A stretch of DNA of 53,060 nt from Candidatus Agathobaculum merdavium (GTDB taxonomy: Bacteria; Bacillota; Clostridia; Oscillospirales; Butyricicoccaceae), in contig DXDE01000199.1 in NCBI GenBank assembly GCA_019115615.1, forward strand, positions 1-53,060, written 5' to 3'. Below are positions 1 through 14,228 of the stretch, piece by piece; position 1 is the first letter of the stretch, and every line of letters starts with the position of its first letter. The notes beneath the pieces were generated by a model, which was not told the DNA's origin, did not search any database, and saw only the letters and a list, made by a program, of their open reading frames with translations. The position numbers and the translations under genes are program-made.

Positions 1-45
1 CATCATGGGATGTGGGCCAAAAGTCCAAAAGGAGGTGCTAAGAAA

Positions 46-342
46 ATGGCAAAGATTTCTGGCAAGTACGAAACGATCTTCATTGTCAACCCCACGCTGG
101 AAGAGGCAGCGGCTACCGCTGTCGCGGACAAGTTCAAGTCTCTGATCGAGGAGAACGGCACGAACGTAGAGGTTGAGGATTGGGGCAAGCGTCGTCTGGC
201 GTACCCGATCGAGGACCAGAACGAGGGCATCTACACCCTGGTTCGTTTCGAGTCCAAGCCGGAGTTCCCGGCTGAGCTGGACCGTATCTACAAGATCACG
301 GACGGCATCATGCGTTCGCTGATCGTCTGCCTGGACGACTAA
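46..342 (+). CDS. rpsF: 30S ribosomal protein S6
   Basis: YETIFIVNP...WGKRRLAYPI motif; GGAGG RBS at 31-35 supports ATG 46; rpsF-ssb-rpsR order. Confidence 0.97.
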   Translation: MAKISGKYETIFIVNPTLEEAAATAVADKFKSLIEENGTNVEVEDWGKRRLAYPIEDQNEGIYTLVRFESKPEFPAELDRIYKITDGIMRSLIVCLDD

Positions 343-357
343 GGCGGTGAACTAAGC

Positions 358-846
358 ATGCTCAACAAGGCGATTCTGATGGGTCGATTGACCCGTGATC
401 CCGAATTGCGTCATACGCAATCGAACATGGCTGTGTGCTCGTTCCGTCTTGCGATCGACCGCGACCGCAAGGGCCCGAACGGCGAACGCCAGACCGACTT
501 CATCGACTGTGTCGCATGGGGCCGTCAGGCGGAGTTTGTCGCACAGTGGTTTGCAAAAGGCGTGATGGCGATCGTCGTCGGCCGTGTCCAGTCCCGCCAG
601 TGGCAGGACCAGAACGGCAACAACCGCACCGCGATTGAAGTAAATTGCGATGAGGTCTCCTTTGGTGAGACCAAGAAGTCCCGCGAAGCCAACGGCGGCT
701 ACGCAGGCGGCGGTTATGGCTACGATAACGGATCGCAGATGCGGCCCGAGCCTGCCGCGTCCCAGGTTGCTCCCGCGTTTGATCTGCCCTCGGGCGGTTC
801 GGATTTTCAGGAGCTGGCTGATGACGACGGCGATGTCCCATTCTAA
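358..846 (+). CDS. ssb: single-stranded DNA-binding protein
   Basis: MLNKAILMGRLTRDPELR OB-fold start; acidic DDGDVPF C-terminal tip. Confidence 0.98.
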   Translation: MLNKAILMGRLTRDPELRHTQSNMAVCSFRLAIDRDRKGPNGERQTDFIDCVAWGRQAEFVAQWFAKGVMAIVVGRVQSRQWQDQNGNNRTAIEVNCDEVSFGETKKSREANGGYAGGGYGYDNGSQMRPEPAASQVAPAFDLPSGGSDFQELADDDGDVPF

Positions 847-867
847 ACTGAAGGAGGTTACGCGACA

Positions 868-1140
868 ATGGAAGAGACCAAGAAGGAATTTACCCCCCGT
901 CCGGAACGTGCGGAGCGCCCGCAGCGCGGCCGTCGCCGCCGCAAGGTTTGCGCGTTCTGTGTCGATAAGATCGAGCACGTTGATTATAAGGATGCTGGCA
1001 AGCTGCGCAAGTATATGTCTGAGCGCGGCAAGATCCTGCCCCGCCGTATGACCGGCACCTGCGCGCATCACCAGCGCCAGCTGACCGAGGCGATCAAGCG
1101 CGCCCGTCACATTGCTCTGCTGCCCTACACCGCGGAGTAA
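868..1140 (+). CDS. rpsR: 30S ribosomal protein S18
   Basis: CAFC...DYKD...[17 protein letters not shown] zinc-type S18 motif. Confidence 0.98.
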   Translation: MEETKKEFTPRPERAERPQRGRRRRKVCAFCVDKIEHVDYKDAGKLRKYMSERGKILPRRMTGTCAHHQRQLTEAIKRARHIALLPYTAE

Positions 1141-1166
1141 TTCGTTTTTCATTCATAAAGGATACA

Positions 1167-1205
1167 AAAAGACTGTTTTCCGATGGGAAACGGTCTTTTC
1201 TTTTG
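1167..1205. terminator. bidirectional intrinsic terminator between rpsR and the convergent XRE gene
   Basis: AAAAGACTGTTTTCC-GAT-GGGAAACGGTCTTTT stem with A/T tails on both sides. Confidence 0.75.
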
Positions 1206-1215
1206 CTTTTTGTTC

Positions 1216-1425
1216 TCAATCCTCGGTGAAGGTGAAAACTTCCTCGACGGTCAGGCCGAACACCTTTGCAATATCCATCGCCAGCTTGAGCGAGGGGTTA
1301 TACTGCCCGTTTTCCAGCCGTCCGATCGTCTCGCGGCGCACACCGACCAGCTCGGCCAGCTGCGCCTGATCCATGCCGCGCGCGGCGCGCAGCTCCTTGA
1401 TGCGTGTTTTCAGCATGGCGGTCAC
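1216..1425 (-). CDS. XRE/Cro-C1 family helix-turn-helix regulator (start could be ATG 1416)
   Basis: IKELR...[27 protein letters not shown]; GTG overlaps the upstream stop codon. Confidence 0.92.
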   Translation of the reverse strand: MTAMLKTRIKELRAARGMDQAQLAELVGVRRETIGRLENGQYNPSLKLAMDIAKVFGLTVEEVFTFTED

Positions 1426-1805
1426 TCTGCGCGGCGTTCATAGTACAAAAACGCCACATCCTGAAACACATTGAGCAGCGCCATAAGCAACAGGGCATAC
1501 TCATAGGAGATGGTGAGCGGCATTTCCTTGCCAAAAAGGATATAGAGCACCAGCGCGCCGTTGAGCACATTGAACAGCAGGGAATTGGCCTTATAACCGT
1601 TGGCATTGGCGCGCTCATCCGGCTTTTCCACGCCCAAACCGGTTTCCAGCAGAACCAGACCAATCAACAACACCACGCACAGCGCGATGGCAATGCCCTG
1701 CCACGGCTGGCCTTTGATCGGGCCATAGCTTTTGGCAAACACCCACAGCACGACGAGTACCCCCCACGCGGCGGCGTGGAGCATTTTTGCACGGGTCAGC
1801 GACAT
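1422..1805 (-). CDS. small 4-TM membrane protein co-transcribed with the XRE regulator
   Basis: Four hydrophobic segments with a central DER motif; GGAGGGA RBS before ATG 1805. Confidence 0.8.
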   Translation of the reverse strand: MSLTRAKMLHAAAWGVLVVLWVFAKSYGPIKGQPWQGIAIALCVVLLIGLVLLETGLGVEKPDERANANGYKANSLLFNVLNGALVLYILFGKEMPLTISYEYALLLMALLNVFQDVAFLYYERRAE

Positions 1806-1822
1806 AACGATCCCTCCAACAT

Positions 1823-1878
1823 GTGATCTATTTGTCTCTTTGTGTGATAAATATATCACGTGAAGGTTAGTCTGTCAA
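1823..1878 (-). promoter_or_regulatory. sigma-A promoter with an overlapping palindromic operator
   Basis: TTGACA (1878-1873), 17 bp, TATATT (1855-1850) with TG extension; palindrome GTGATA-N4-TATCAC at 1844-1859, weaker copy at 1823-1838. Confidence 0.7.
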
Positions 1879-1926
1879 TAGATTTCTCCACAGCTTTGTG
1901 GAAAATCCCAAGCGCTGCACATGGGT

Positions 1927-1957
1927 AAAAAAAGGACGCACTTTCGTGCGTCCTTTT
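1927..1957 (-). terminator. intrinsic terminator of the gyrBA operon
   Basis: AAAAGGACGCAC-TTTC-GTGCGTCCTTTT perfect stem right after the gyrA stop. Confidence 0.85.
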
Positions 1958-1960
1958 CAT

Positions 1961-4525
<2,565 letters not shown>

Positions 4526-4567
4526 TCTATGCCTCCGAAACGGTAGCGTTCTGCTTGCCGGGCGCGC

Positions 4568-6806
<2,239 letters not shown>

Positions 6807-6948
6807 AGGTTTTCCTCCGTTTCCGCCGCAAAACAGACATCAGAACAGACCGTGGAACGCTGCCGCACGGGTGCGCCTCACCGGTCTGGTTACCCACTGT
6901 AATTATACCACTTTTTTCAGGCTTTGTGTATCAAAAAAGCGGAGAAAC

Positions 6949-8049
6949 TTAAATAATTTTGCCATTTTGTATCTGGAACACCGCGCCTGCGCGCAGCTTG
7001 TCGGAAATACCGTCCTCGCAGCAGGTGATGATGACCTGTCCGGCCGAAATCCGGTTCAAAACGAAGTCCTGCCGGCGGCGATCCAGCTCGGAAAGCACGT
7101 CGTCGAGCAGCAAAACCGGGTACTCGCCGTCCTCGCTGAAAAACAGCTCGCGCTCGGCAAGCTTTAAGGACAGCGTGCACGTGCGCACCTGCCCCTGCGA
7201 GCCGTAGGACGCGGCGCTGCGGCCGTCGAGCAGCAGCTCGAAATCGTCCTTATGCGGGCCGGACAGGCAGCTTTTCGCCGCAATTTCGGCAGATTTGTGC
7301 CGGAACACATGGTCGATGAGTTCCTTTTCGATCTGCTGGGCAGAGGCGAACGGGTCGGTTACGCTGGACACCGTCCGGTATGCACCGCCGAGCGCCTCAT
7401 GCGGCGCAATATCGGCATAGACCCCGGCGGCAGCGTCCAGCAGCTTGCGGCAATAATAGGCGCGGTAGCGGATGATCTGCGCGCCGATGTGCGCCATGCG
7501 CAGCGAAAAATCCTCCCACATGGACAAAAGCGAGGGCTTTTCCTCGCTGTCGCGCAGAATACGGGTCTTGTGGTCGTGCAGGCGGTTGTATTCCTCCAGA
7601 TAGCGCGCATAGTTCGGCCGCAGCTGGCACAGCGCGGTGTCGAGGAAGCGCCGCCGCGCGGCCGCACCCTGCCGCACGAGCATCAGATCCTCCGGACAAA
7701 ACAGAACGGTTTTCAAGATTCCCTGCGCATCGGCCTGCCGTTTCTGACGCACGCCGTTTTTGTAGATTTCCATACTTTTCAGGCGGGAAAAGCGAAGTTC
7801 CAGCGAAAAATCGCGCCCCTGCGCCTGAAAATCCGCCAGAATCCGCGCGTGATCCTGACCGAAGCGCAGACCCTCTTTTTTCTGCGCCGTGCGGAATAAA
7901 CGCATGGTCGAACAGGCTGCCGCGGCTTCGAGCAGGTTGGTTTTTCCCTGCCCGTTTTCCCCGCAGATCAGGTTGACCGCGGGGTCGAGGTCAAACCGCG
8001 CTTTTTCATAATTTCGGAACTGTTCCAGTTCGATAGAACGGATATTCAT
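6949..8049 (-). CDS. recF: DNA replication/repair protein RecF
   Basis: [13 protein letters not shown] Walker A, GSQGQ signature, [11 protein letters not shown]. Confidence 0.97.
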   Translation of the reverse strand: MNIRSIELEQFRNYEKARFDLDPAVNLICGENGQGKTNLLEAAAACSTMRLFRTAQKKEGLRFGQDHARILADFQAQGRDFSLELRFSRLKSMEIYKNGVRQKRQADAQGILKTVLFCPEDLMLVRQGAAARRRFLDTALCQLRPNYARYLEEYNRLHDHKTRILRDSEEKPSLLSMWEDFSLRMAHIGAQIIRYRAYYCRKLLDAAAGVYADIAPHEALGGAYRTVSSVTDPFASAQQIEKELIDHVFRHKSAEIAAKSCLSGPHKDDFELLLDGRSAASYGSQGQVRTCTLSLKLAERELFFSEDGEYPVLLLDDVLSELDRRRQDFVLNRISAGQVIITCCEDGISDKLRAGAVFQIQNGKII

Positions 8050-8252
8050 ACGATTTTGACGGTTTCGCCGTCCAGTGTCACGGTGTCGCCCGGGCGCAGC
8101 TTTTTGCCGCGCATCGTGCAGGCCTCGCCGTTTACCAGCACTTCGCCCTCGGCAATGCGGATCTTGGCCTCGCCGCCGGACGAAACGAGATTGGCAAATT
8201 TTAACAGTGCATCCAGCTTGATAAATTCGGTGTCAATTTTGATTTCAGTCAT
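8046..8252 (-). CDS. yaaA: S4-domain RNA-binding protein YaaA
   Basis: IKLDALLK...SGGEAK...VNGE...RGKKL; lies between dnaN and recF. Confidence 0.92.
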   Translation of the reverse strand: MTEIKIDTEFIKLDALLKFANLVSSGGEAKIRIAEGEVLVNGEACTMRGKKLRPGDTVTLDGETVKIV

Positions 8253-9354
8253 TGGCCTTCAACCTCACCGGCAGCACCAGATAGGTATATTTGTCGCCTT
8301 CCAGCGGTTCAATAACGATCGGATTGAGCGAGCCTTTGAGCTGCACCTTCACCTTGTCATCGCCCGCAGCGCGCAGCGCGTCGAGCAGATAGCGGTTATT
8401 AAAACCGATTTCGAGGTCTTCGATCGAGCCGTCGAACGCACATTCGTCATAGCTTTTGCCGACCGCCGTGATGCACGACATCTGGACATAAGAGCCGTCA
8501 AAGTGCATGCGCACCGGGTTTTTCAGCTTTTCGGACACGATCAGCGACACGCGCTCGATGCAGGTGATCAGCTCGTGCCGGTCAGCGGTGACGGTGTGCT
8601 CAAACTCCGCCGGGATAGCGGCGCGGTAGTTCAAAAATTCGCCGTCGATCAGGCGGGTAATCAGCGTTGTGCTGCCGATACGGAACAGAATGTTCTTGCG
8701 GTCGGGGAAAATCTCGACATCGCCGTCCTCTTCGGTCAAAATACGCTCGATTTCGCGCAGCGACGAGCCGGGTACAACGAATTTCATGTCCCCGGACATA
8801 CCTTCGACGGTTTCGCGGCGCACAGACAGGCGGTAGCCGTCAACCGCGACGACGTTGAGGCGGTTTCCTTCCAGCTCAAACAGGCAGCCGGTGTGGATTG
8901 GCTTGCTTTCGTTGTCAGAAACCGAGAAAATGGTCTGTGCAATCATGCTTTTCAGCATGGCCTGCGGCAGGGAAAGGCCGGTTTCGGCAGAAACCTCGGC
9001 CAGTGCCGGATATTCGTCAGCTTCGGTAGCGATCAGGTTGAATACCGCGCGGCCGCATTTGATGGTGGTCAGCAGCTTGTCGTCGGTTTCCAGATAAACG
9101 ACATCCTGCGGCAGCTTGCGCACAATATCGTAAAACAGCTTGGCGTTTAAAACGATGCTGCCCGGTTCGACAACATCGGCTTCGGCGGTTGTGCGGATGC
9201 CCATGGACAGGTCGTAGCCGGTCAGGGTCAGGCTGTCCACTTCAGCGGTGACCAGCAGACCTTCCAGCAGTGGCATCGCGCTTCGGCCGGTGACCGCACG
9301 GGAAGCTGTGCCGATCAGGCTGAGCAGCGTTTCTTTTTCACAGGAGAATTTCAT
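8245..9354 (-). CDS. dnaN: DNA polymerase III beta sliding clamp (true start ATG 9354, not 9564)
   Basis: MKFSCEK start after AGAGG RBS; [25 protein letters not shown] motifs. Confidence 0.97.
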   Translation of the reverse strand: MKFSCEKETLLSLIGTASRAVTGRSAMPLLEGLLVTAEVDSLTLTGYDLSMGIRTTAEADVVEPGSIVLNAKLFYDIVRKLPQDVVYLETDDKLLTTIKCGRAVFNLIATEADEYPALAEVSAETGLSLPQAMLKSMIAQTIFSVSDNESKPIHTGCLFELEGNRLNVVAVDGYRLSVRRETVEGMSGDMKFVVPGSSLREIERILTEEDGDVEIFPDRKNILFRIGSTTLITRLIDGEFLNYRAAIPAEFEHTVTADRHELITCIERVSLIVSEKLKNPVRMHFDGSYVQMSCITAVGKSYDECAFDGSIEDLEIGFNNRYLLDALRAAGDDKVKVQLKGSLNPIVIEPLEGDKYTYLVLPVRLKAND

Positions 9355-9379
9355 GGCAGAACCTCTTTCTGGCGAAAAC

Positions 9380-9584
9380 GTAAGAAATAAAAAGAATAGG
9401 ATATTATAGTCGTAGTAGTACTTGTGGAAATTGGGGAAAAGCGGAAAAAACCAAGACGTGGTGCGGGAAATGTCGTACACAGCGATTTGTGGACGGGCTT
9501 TTCTGTTTCCACAGGCGTTTTGGATAGGTCTGGTTATCCACAGGGCAGGCCTTGTGCAATTCACAGCAAACTGTGGACAGTTTT
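9380..9584. other. oriC unwinding region: DnaA boxes, DnaA-trios and AT-rich stretch
   Basis: Perfect TTATCCACA at 9534-9542; near-boxes at 9423-9431, 9432-9440, 9488-9496, 9505-9513, 9572-9580; TAG-TCG-TAG-TAG trio run at 9407-9418 next to an A-rich tract; dnaA-dnaN intergenic position. Confidence 0.9.
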
Positions 9585-10865
9585 TTATTCCCCGCGGATG
9601 TTGTTATGCAGCTTTTTGATGACCTCTTCGGTTTCGCGCGAGCCTTTGCGCTCTTCCTCGATTTTGTTGCAGGCGTGCATGACGGTGGTGTGGTCGCGCT
9701 TGAAAATCTTCGCGATATCCGGGAAGGAATATTCCAGCTCCTGCCGGATCATGTACATGGCCATCTGCCGCGGGTAGGCGACGTCCTTGGAGCGGTTCTG
9801 CGAGATCATTTGCTCGACCGGGATGTAGAAATAGTTGGCGACGGCCTCCATGATGCGTTCGGGCGTCGGGTTGAGGCCGGGGTTTTCGATACGCAGCGCG
9901 TCGATCGCGTTTTCCGCGAGGTTTACCGTAATGCGTTCGCCCATCAGTTCGTGCATAGCCTTGATCTTTTTGACTGCACCCTCCAGCTGGCGGATGTTGG
10001 CCTGAATGTTCTGCGCGATGTAGGTCGATACATCGTCAGGCAGGCTGACGTCCATCTTGGTGGACTTTTCACGCAGGATCGCAATGCGGGTTTCAAAATC
10101 AGGCGGCTGGATATCGGCCAGCAGGCCCCACTCGAAACGGGTCTTCATGCGGTCTTCCAGCGTGTTGATTTCCTTGGGCGGCCGGTCGGAGGTGAGCACG
10201 ATCTGCTTTTTCGCTTCGTACAGCGCGTTGAAGGTATGGAAAAATTCCTCCTGCGTGCGCTCCTTGCCCGCGATGAACTGCACGTCGTCCAGCAGAAGCA
10301 GGTCGACCATGCGGTATTTGTTGCGGAAAGCCTGCACGTTGCCCTCTTGGATCGCAGTGATCAGCTCATTGGTGAAGTCCTCGCCCTTGACGTAGATGAT
10401 ACGGAACTCGGGATGCGTGCGGCGCAGCACATTTGCAATCGCATACATCAGGTGCGTTTTGCCGAGACCGGAGTTGCCGTAGATAAACAGCGGGTTGTTT
10501 TCCGCCGCCGGGCGCTGCGCAACCGCAAGCGCTGCCGCGTGCGCGAACTTGTTCGACGAGCCGACGATGAACCGCTCGAAGGTGTAGTCATCATAGGGCG
10601 ACGAGCTGGTCTGCGGGGCGGAGTATTCGCCGGTCACCACGACGACCGTGATCGGGTCGCCGGTCAGCTCAGCCAGCGCGTTTTGCAGGGGGTCGATGAA
10701 TTTTTTTTCGATAAATTCCTTTTTGAACTGCACGGGTGAGTGCAAAATCAAACGGTTGTCCGCAAAGGAAACAACCGTTGCATCATCAAACCACGCCGAA
10801 AGGCTGGACGGCGGGAAATCGCGTTCCAGACGTTCGAGCGCCATTTCGAGTATGTTGTTTGCCAT
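9585..10865 (-). CDS. dnaA: chromosomal replication initiator DnaA
   Basis: YTFERFIVGSSN, NPLFIYGNSGLGKTHL, LLLDDVQF, RDHTTVMHA. Confidence 0.99.
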   Translation of the reverse strand: MANNILEMALERLERDFPPSSLSAWFDDATVVSFADNRLILHSPVQFKKEFIEKKFIDPLQNALAELTGDPITVVVVTGEYSAPQTSSSPYDDYTFERFIVGSSNKFAHAAALAVAQRPAAENNPLFIYGNSGLGKTHLMYAIANVLRRTHPEFRIIYVKGEDFTNELITAIQEGNVQAFRNKYRMVDLLLLDDVQFIAGKERTQEEFFHTFNALYEAKKQIVLTSDRPPKEINTLEDRMKTRFEWGLLADIQPPDFETRIAILREKSTKMDVSLPDDVSTYIAQNIQANIRQLEGAVKKIKAMHELMGERITVNLAENAIDALRIENPGLNPTPERIMEAVANYFYIPVEQMISQNRSKDVAYPRQMAMYMIRQELEYSFPDIAKIFKRDHTTVMHACNKIEEERKGSRETEEVIKKLHNNIRGE

Positions 10866-10903
10866 GAGGCGCCTCCTGTCGATAGAAGTTCCGAGATACT
10901 ATC

Positions 10904-10963
10904 ATAATAGCATAATTTCGCCGCGTTTTCAACTGCAAGGGTTTGTACACAGCATGGGGATAA
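10904..10963 (-). promoter_or_regulatory. dnaA promoter with upstream DnaA boxes
   Basis: TTGAAA (10932-10927), 17 bp, TATTAT (10909-10904) with TG extension; near-boxes TTGTACACA 10943-10951 and TGGGGATAA 10955-10963. Confidence 0.65.
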
Positions 10964-11046
10964 CTCAAAAAAAATGCGGCCGAAAAACGCAATCCGTGGT
11001 AGGTTTTTGAAACCCCGCCCCTAGATGTTGAAAATACAAAAAAATC

Positions 11047-11075
11047 TTGACATTTGGGTGCTTTTATAGGATAAT
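11047..11075 (+). promoter_or_regulatory. rpmH promoter
   Basis: TTGACA, 17 bp, GATAAT. Confidence 0.65.
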
Positions 11076-11186
11076 ATTTATTGTCTCATATTCTGCGGAC
11101 AGGCAGCGGCATGTGCCCCGCGTTCTGCGCCGGACCTATGCCGGTGCCCATCCGTAAATCCAGAAAACAGGGAGGTGCACGAGGAA

Positions 11187-11321
11187 ATGAAGAGAACGTA
11201 TCAGCCGAAGAAGCGCCAGCGCTCCAAGGAGCATGGCTTCCGCAAGCGTATGCGCACGACCAATGGCCGCAAGGTGCTGGCCCGTCGCCGCGCCAAGGGC
11301 CGCGCACGCCTGACCCACTAA
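11187..11321 (+). CDS. rpmH: 50S ribosomal protein L34 (44 aa, absent from the ORF track)
   Basis: Translated by hand: [44 protein letters not shown]. Confidence 0.98.
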   Translation: MKRTYQPKKRQRSKEHGFRKRMRTTNGRKVLARRRAKGRARLTH

Positions 11322-11351
11322 TATACGCGCCGGCGGCGCGAAGGGAACTGC

Positions 11352-11382
11352 AACGAGCCGCAGAGCAAGCGGCTCGTTTTTT
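11352..11382 (+). terminator. terminator/attenuator after rpmH
   Basis: AACGAGCCGC-loop-GCGGCTCGTT followed by a T run. Confidence 0.75.
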
Positions 11383-11571
11383 CTTTGCCGCACGCGTACA
11401 AGGCTGCAAACGCAGCCCCGGCATGATGATTTGGGCCGGACCCGCCGGGAAAAAAGCGGTCCGGTCAGCTTTGCAAATTACTTAGCTGCAAAGAAAAAAG
11501 GGAAGGCGCCCGTATCTGGGGCGGTTTCCCGTTCGTTTTTTCATGGGCATCGGAAAAACGAGGGGACACAG

Positions 11572-11916
11572 ATGAAACACACCATATCCTTAAAGGAAAA
11601 CCACGAGTTCCGGCGACTGTATCACCGCGGGACTTCCACGGCGGGGCGGCATTTGGTGCTGTACTGCCGGAAGAACCGGCTGGGGTATAACCGCCTGGGG
11701 CTGACGGTCAGCGCCAAGCTGGCCGGCGCGGTGCAGAGGAACCGCGTCAAACGCCTGTTCCGCGAAGCCTATCGTCTGCACGAGGACGAATTCGCAACCG
11801 GCGTGGATCTGGTGCTCGTCGCGCGCAGCCGCGCGGTGGGCGCAACCTACCGGGACATCGAAACTTCGCTGCTGCGCGCTCTGAAAGAGAACAAAATCGC
11901 GGCGGCGCAGCCATGA
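11572..11916 (+). CDS. rnpA: ribonuclease P protein component
   Basis: [20 protein letters not shown]...[12 protein letters not shown] motif; GAGGGG RBS. Confidence 0.96.
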   Translation: MKHTISLKENHEFRRLYHRGTSTAGRHLVLYCRKNRLGYNRLGLTVSAKLAGAVQRNRVKRLFREAYRLHEDEFATGVDLVLVARSRAVGATYRDIETSLLRALKENKIAAAQP

Positions 11917-12125
11917 AGCGCTTTTTGCTGGCGGCGATCCGGTTTTACCGCCGGCATATCTCGCCGACCAAACCACCCTGCTGCCGTTATATCCCGACCT
12001 GCTCGCAGTATGCGCTCGAGGCGATCGAGAAATATGGCGCGCTTAAGGGCGGCTGGCTGGCGTTTAAGCGCATTTGCCGCTGCCACCCGTTTTCCAAACG
12101 CGGGCCGTACGACCCTGTGCCGTAA
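11913..12125 (+). CDS. yidD: membrane protein insertion efficiency factor YidD
   Basis: [10 protein letters not shown]...RICRCHPF...YDPVP. Confidence 0.96.
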   Translation: MKRFLLAAIRFYRRHISPTKPPCCRYIPTCSQYALEAIEKYGALKGGWLAFKRICRCHPFSKRGPYDPVP

Positions 12126-12187
12126 AATGGGCAAAGCGACCGGTTTCCGGTATTTATCAGTGAAAAAACAACCCTACGGAGGTTTAT

Positions 12188-13213
12188 ATGGGAGAAATTT
12201 TCGGACTTGTCATCGTCAGACCGCTTGGTTTGATCCTGCTGGCAATCTTTAAGGCGGTAGGCTCCTACGGCCTTGCAGTCATCCTGTTTGCGCTCGCGGT
12301 TAAGCTGATCTGTATTCCGCTGGCGATCAAGGGCAAGAAGAGCATGCTTGCGATGACTTCGCTCAACGCGGAGCTGCAGCAGCTGCAGAAGAAGTACGCC
12401 AACAACCGCGTCAAGCTCAACGAAGAGATGCAGAAGCTGTATGACAAGCACGGCGTCAATCCGATGTCGGGCTGTCTGCCGCAGTTCATCCCGCTGCCGA
12501 TCATGATGGGCCTGTACTACGCGGTACAGCAGCCGCTCAAGTTCATGATGGGCTTCTCGGACGACGTCATCAACCAGCTCGGTACGCTGGTCGGCGTCAA
12601 CATGGAATCCGCCGGCTACTATGCGGAGATCTCGATCGCGGAAAAGCTGGGCGATATGTTCACGCAGAACGGCGGCGTTTGGCCGGATTCGGTCACGGCG
12701 ATCACGTCCGCGGCGCAGTCGGGCGAGCTGCTCAATATCGATTTCAGCTTCCTTGGCCTGAACCTGGCGCAGACGCCGTCGATTACGAACCCGAGCATCA
12801 TTTGGATCATCCCGATCCTGTCGGGCGCGACCGCGTTCCTGTCGAGCTATGTCATGCAGAAGATGCAGGGCACGCAGAACAGCGCTGCCGCGGGCCAGAT
12901 GAAGATGCTCAACATTATGATGCCGCTTATGTCGCTGTACTTCGGCTTTATTCTGCCGGGCGCGATCGGTATCTACTGGATTTTCAACAACATTTTCGCA
13001 TGCGTACAGGAAATTATCCTGACCAAGTACCTGCGCGGTAAGAAGGAGCGCAAGGAAGCGGAAGAGACTGCCCGCGTCGAGGCCGACAAGGAGGCCAAGC
13101 GCGCCGCGCACAAGGCTGCGCAGATCGAGCAGACGGAAAAGGCGCGCGCCGCCGCGGCCGCGTCCGAGGCAGGCAAGGAAAAGGCCGCCAAGAAGAAGAA
13201 GGGGGCAAAGTGA
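12188..13213 (+). CDS. yidC: YidC/Oxa1 membrane protein insertase
   Basis: YGLAVILF, LQKKY, GVNPMSGCLP, GIYWIFNN; synteny. Confidence 0.95.
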   Translation: MGEIFGLVIVRPLGLILLAIFKAVGSYGLAVILFALAVKLICIPLAIKGKKSMLAMTSLNAELQQLQKKYANNRVKLNEEMQKLYDKHGVNPMSGCLPQFIPLPIMMGLYYAVQQPLKFMMGFSDDVINQLGTLVGVNMESAGYYAEISIAEKLGDMFTQNGGVWPDSVTAITSAAQSGELLNIDFSFLGLNLAQTPSITNPSIIWIIPILSGATAFLSSYVMQKMQGTQNSAAAGQMKMLNIMMPLMSLYFGFILPGAIGIYWIFNNIFACVQEIILTKYLRGKKERKEAEETARVEADKEAKRAAHKAAQIEQTEKARAAAAASEAGKEKAAKKKKGAK

Positions 13214-13216
13214 GCC

Positions 13217-14212
13217 ATGCAGAAGTATATTGAAACCACGGGCGAAAACCGTGACGCCGCGATCGCCGCTGCGCTTGCACAGCTCGGCATGGATCGCGAC
13301 GATGTTTCGGTTGAGGTGCTCGACAACGGCAAGAAGGGCTTTCTCGGCATCGGTGCGACGCCCGCGCGCGTTCGCGTAACCTATGAAGTGCCGGACGAGC
13401 CGGTGAAGGCCGAACCTGTCCACATCCCTGTGGAAAAGATCGAGAAGGCAGAAAAGCCGGCGAAGCCGCGTCATGCGGACAAGCCTGCTGCACCCAAGGC
13501 AGACAAGCCCAAGCCGCAGAAGCTGTCCATCACCGATGAGGACGATACGCCGCGTCTGGTCAAGGCAGCGCCCGCGGATTTTGTACCGGAAAAGCTCGAG
13601 GTCGAGCGCCCGCCGCGTCGGGAGCGTCCGCGCCGTGAGCGCGGCGGCCGTCGTGACCGCCGCCCGCGTGAGGAGCGTCCGATCACCCCGTCCGTACCCA
13701 AGGAACGCGAGCTGATCCCGGTTTCCGAGGCCGGCATGCGTCAGGCGGAAAAGCTGGCGACCGATTTTATCACCGGTCTGCTGGAAAAGATGGGCGTCGA
13801 GGGCGAAGTCAAGACCCTGCCGCAGGTTGAGTGCGACCAGCTGCGTCTGGAGATCTCCGGCCCAGATATGGGCCCGATCATTGGCCGCCGCGGCGATACG
13901 CTGGATGCCATCCAGTACCTTGGCTCGCTGATCCTGAACAATGCGCTCGATGAGCACGTCCGTCTGTCGGTCAACACCGAGAACTATCGCGAAAAGCGCG
14001 CCGAGAGCCTTGAGCGCCTTGCCCGCAAGATGGCGATGAAGGTGGTCAAGTCCCACCGCTCGATGACGCTCGAGCCGATGAACCCCTATGAACGCCGCAT
14101 CATCCATGCCGCGCTGCAGGATTTCAACGGCGTAACGACCTATTCGACCGGCACCGAGCCGGGCCGCCGTGTCGTTATCGCGCCGGACAACAGCTTCCGC
14201 ACCCGCAACTGA
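13217..14212 (+). CDS. jag: Jag/KhpB/EloR RNA-binding protein (Jag_N, KH, R3H)
   Basis: KGFLGIG, IIGRRGDTLDAIQYL, MNPYERRIIH. Confidence 0.95.
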   Translation: MQKYIETTGENRDAAIAAALAQLGMDRDDVSVEVLDNGKKGFLGIGATPARVRVTYEVPDEPVKAEPVHIPVEKIEKAEKPAKPRHADKPAAPKADKPKPQKLSITDEDDTPRLVKAAPADFVPEKLEVERPPRRERPRRERGGRRDRRPREERPITPSVPKERELIPVSEAGMRQAEKLATDFITGLLEKMGVEGEVKTLPQVECDQLRLEISGPDMGPIIGRRGDTLDAIQYLGSLILNNALDEHVRLSVNTENYREKRAESLERLARKMAMKVVKSHRSMTLEPMNPYERRIIHAALQDFNGVTTYSTGTEPGRRVVIAPDNSFRTRN

Positions 14213-14228
14213 ATACGGGGGAACTCCT

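Noticed and set aside
1-45. Possible S6:S18 ribosomal leader upstream of rpsF
   Set aside because: Only a short hairpin (TGGGC/GTCCA) is visible and the leader is cut by the window edge.
9355-9564. 70-aa N-terminal extension of DnaN in the ORF track
   Set aside because: It is oriC sequence read in frame; the RBS and family start point to ATG 9354.
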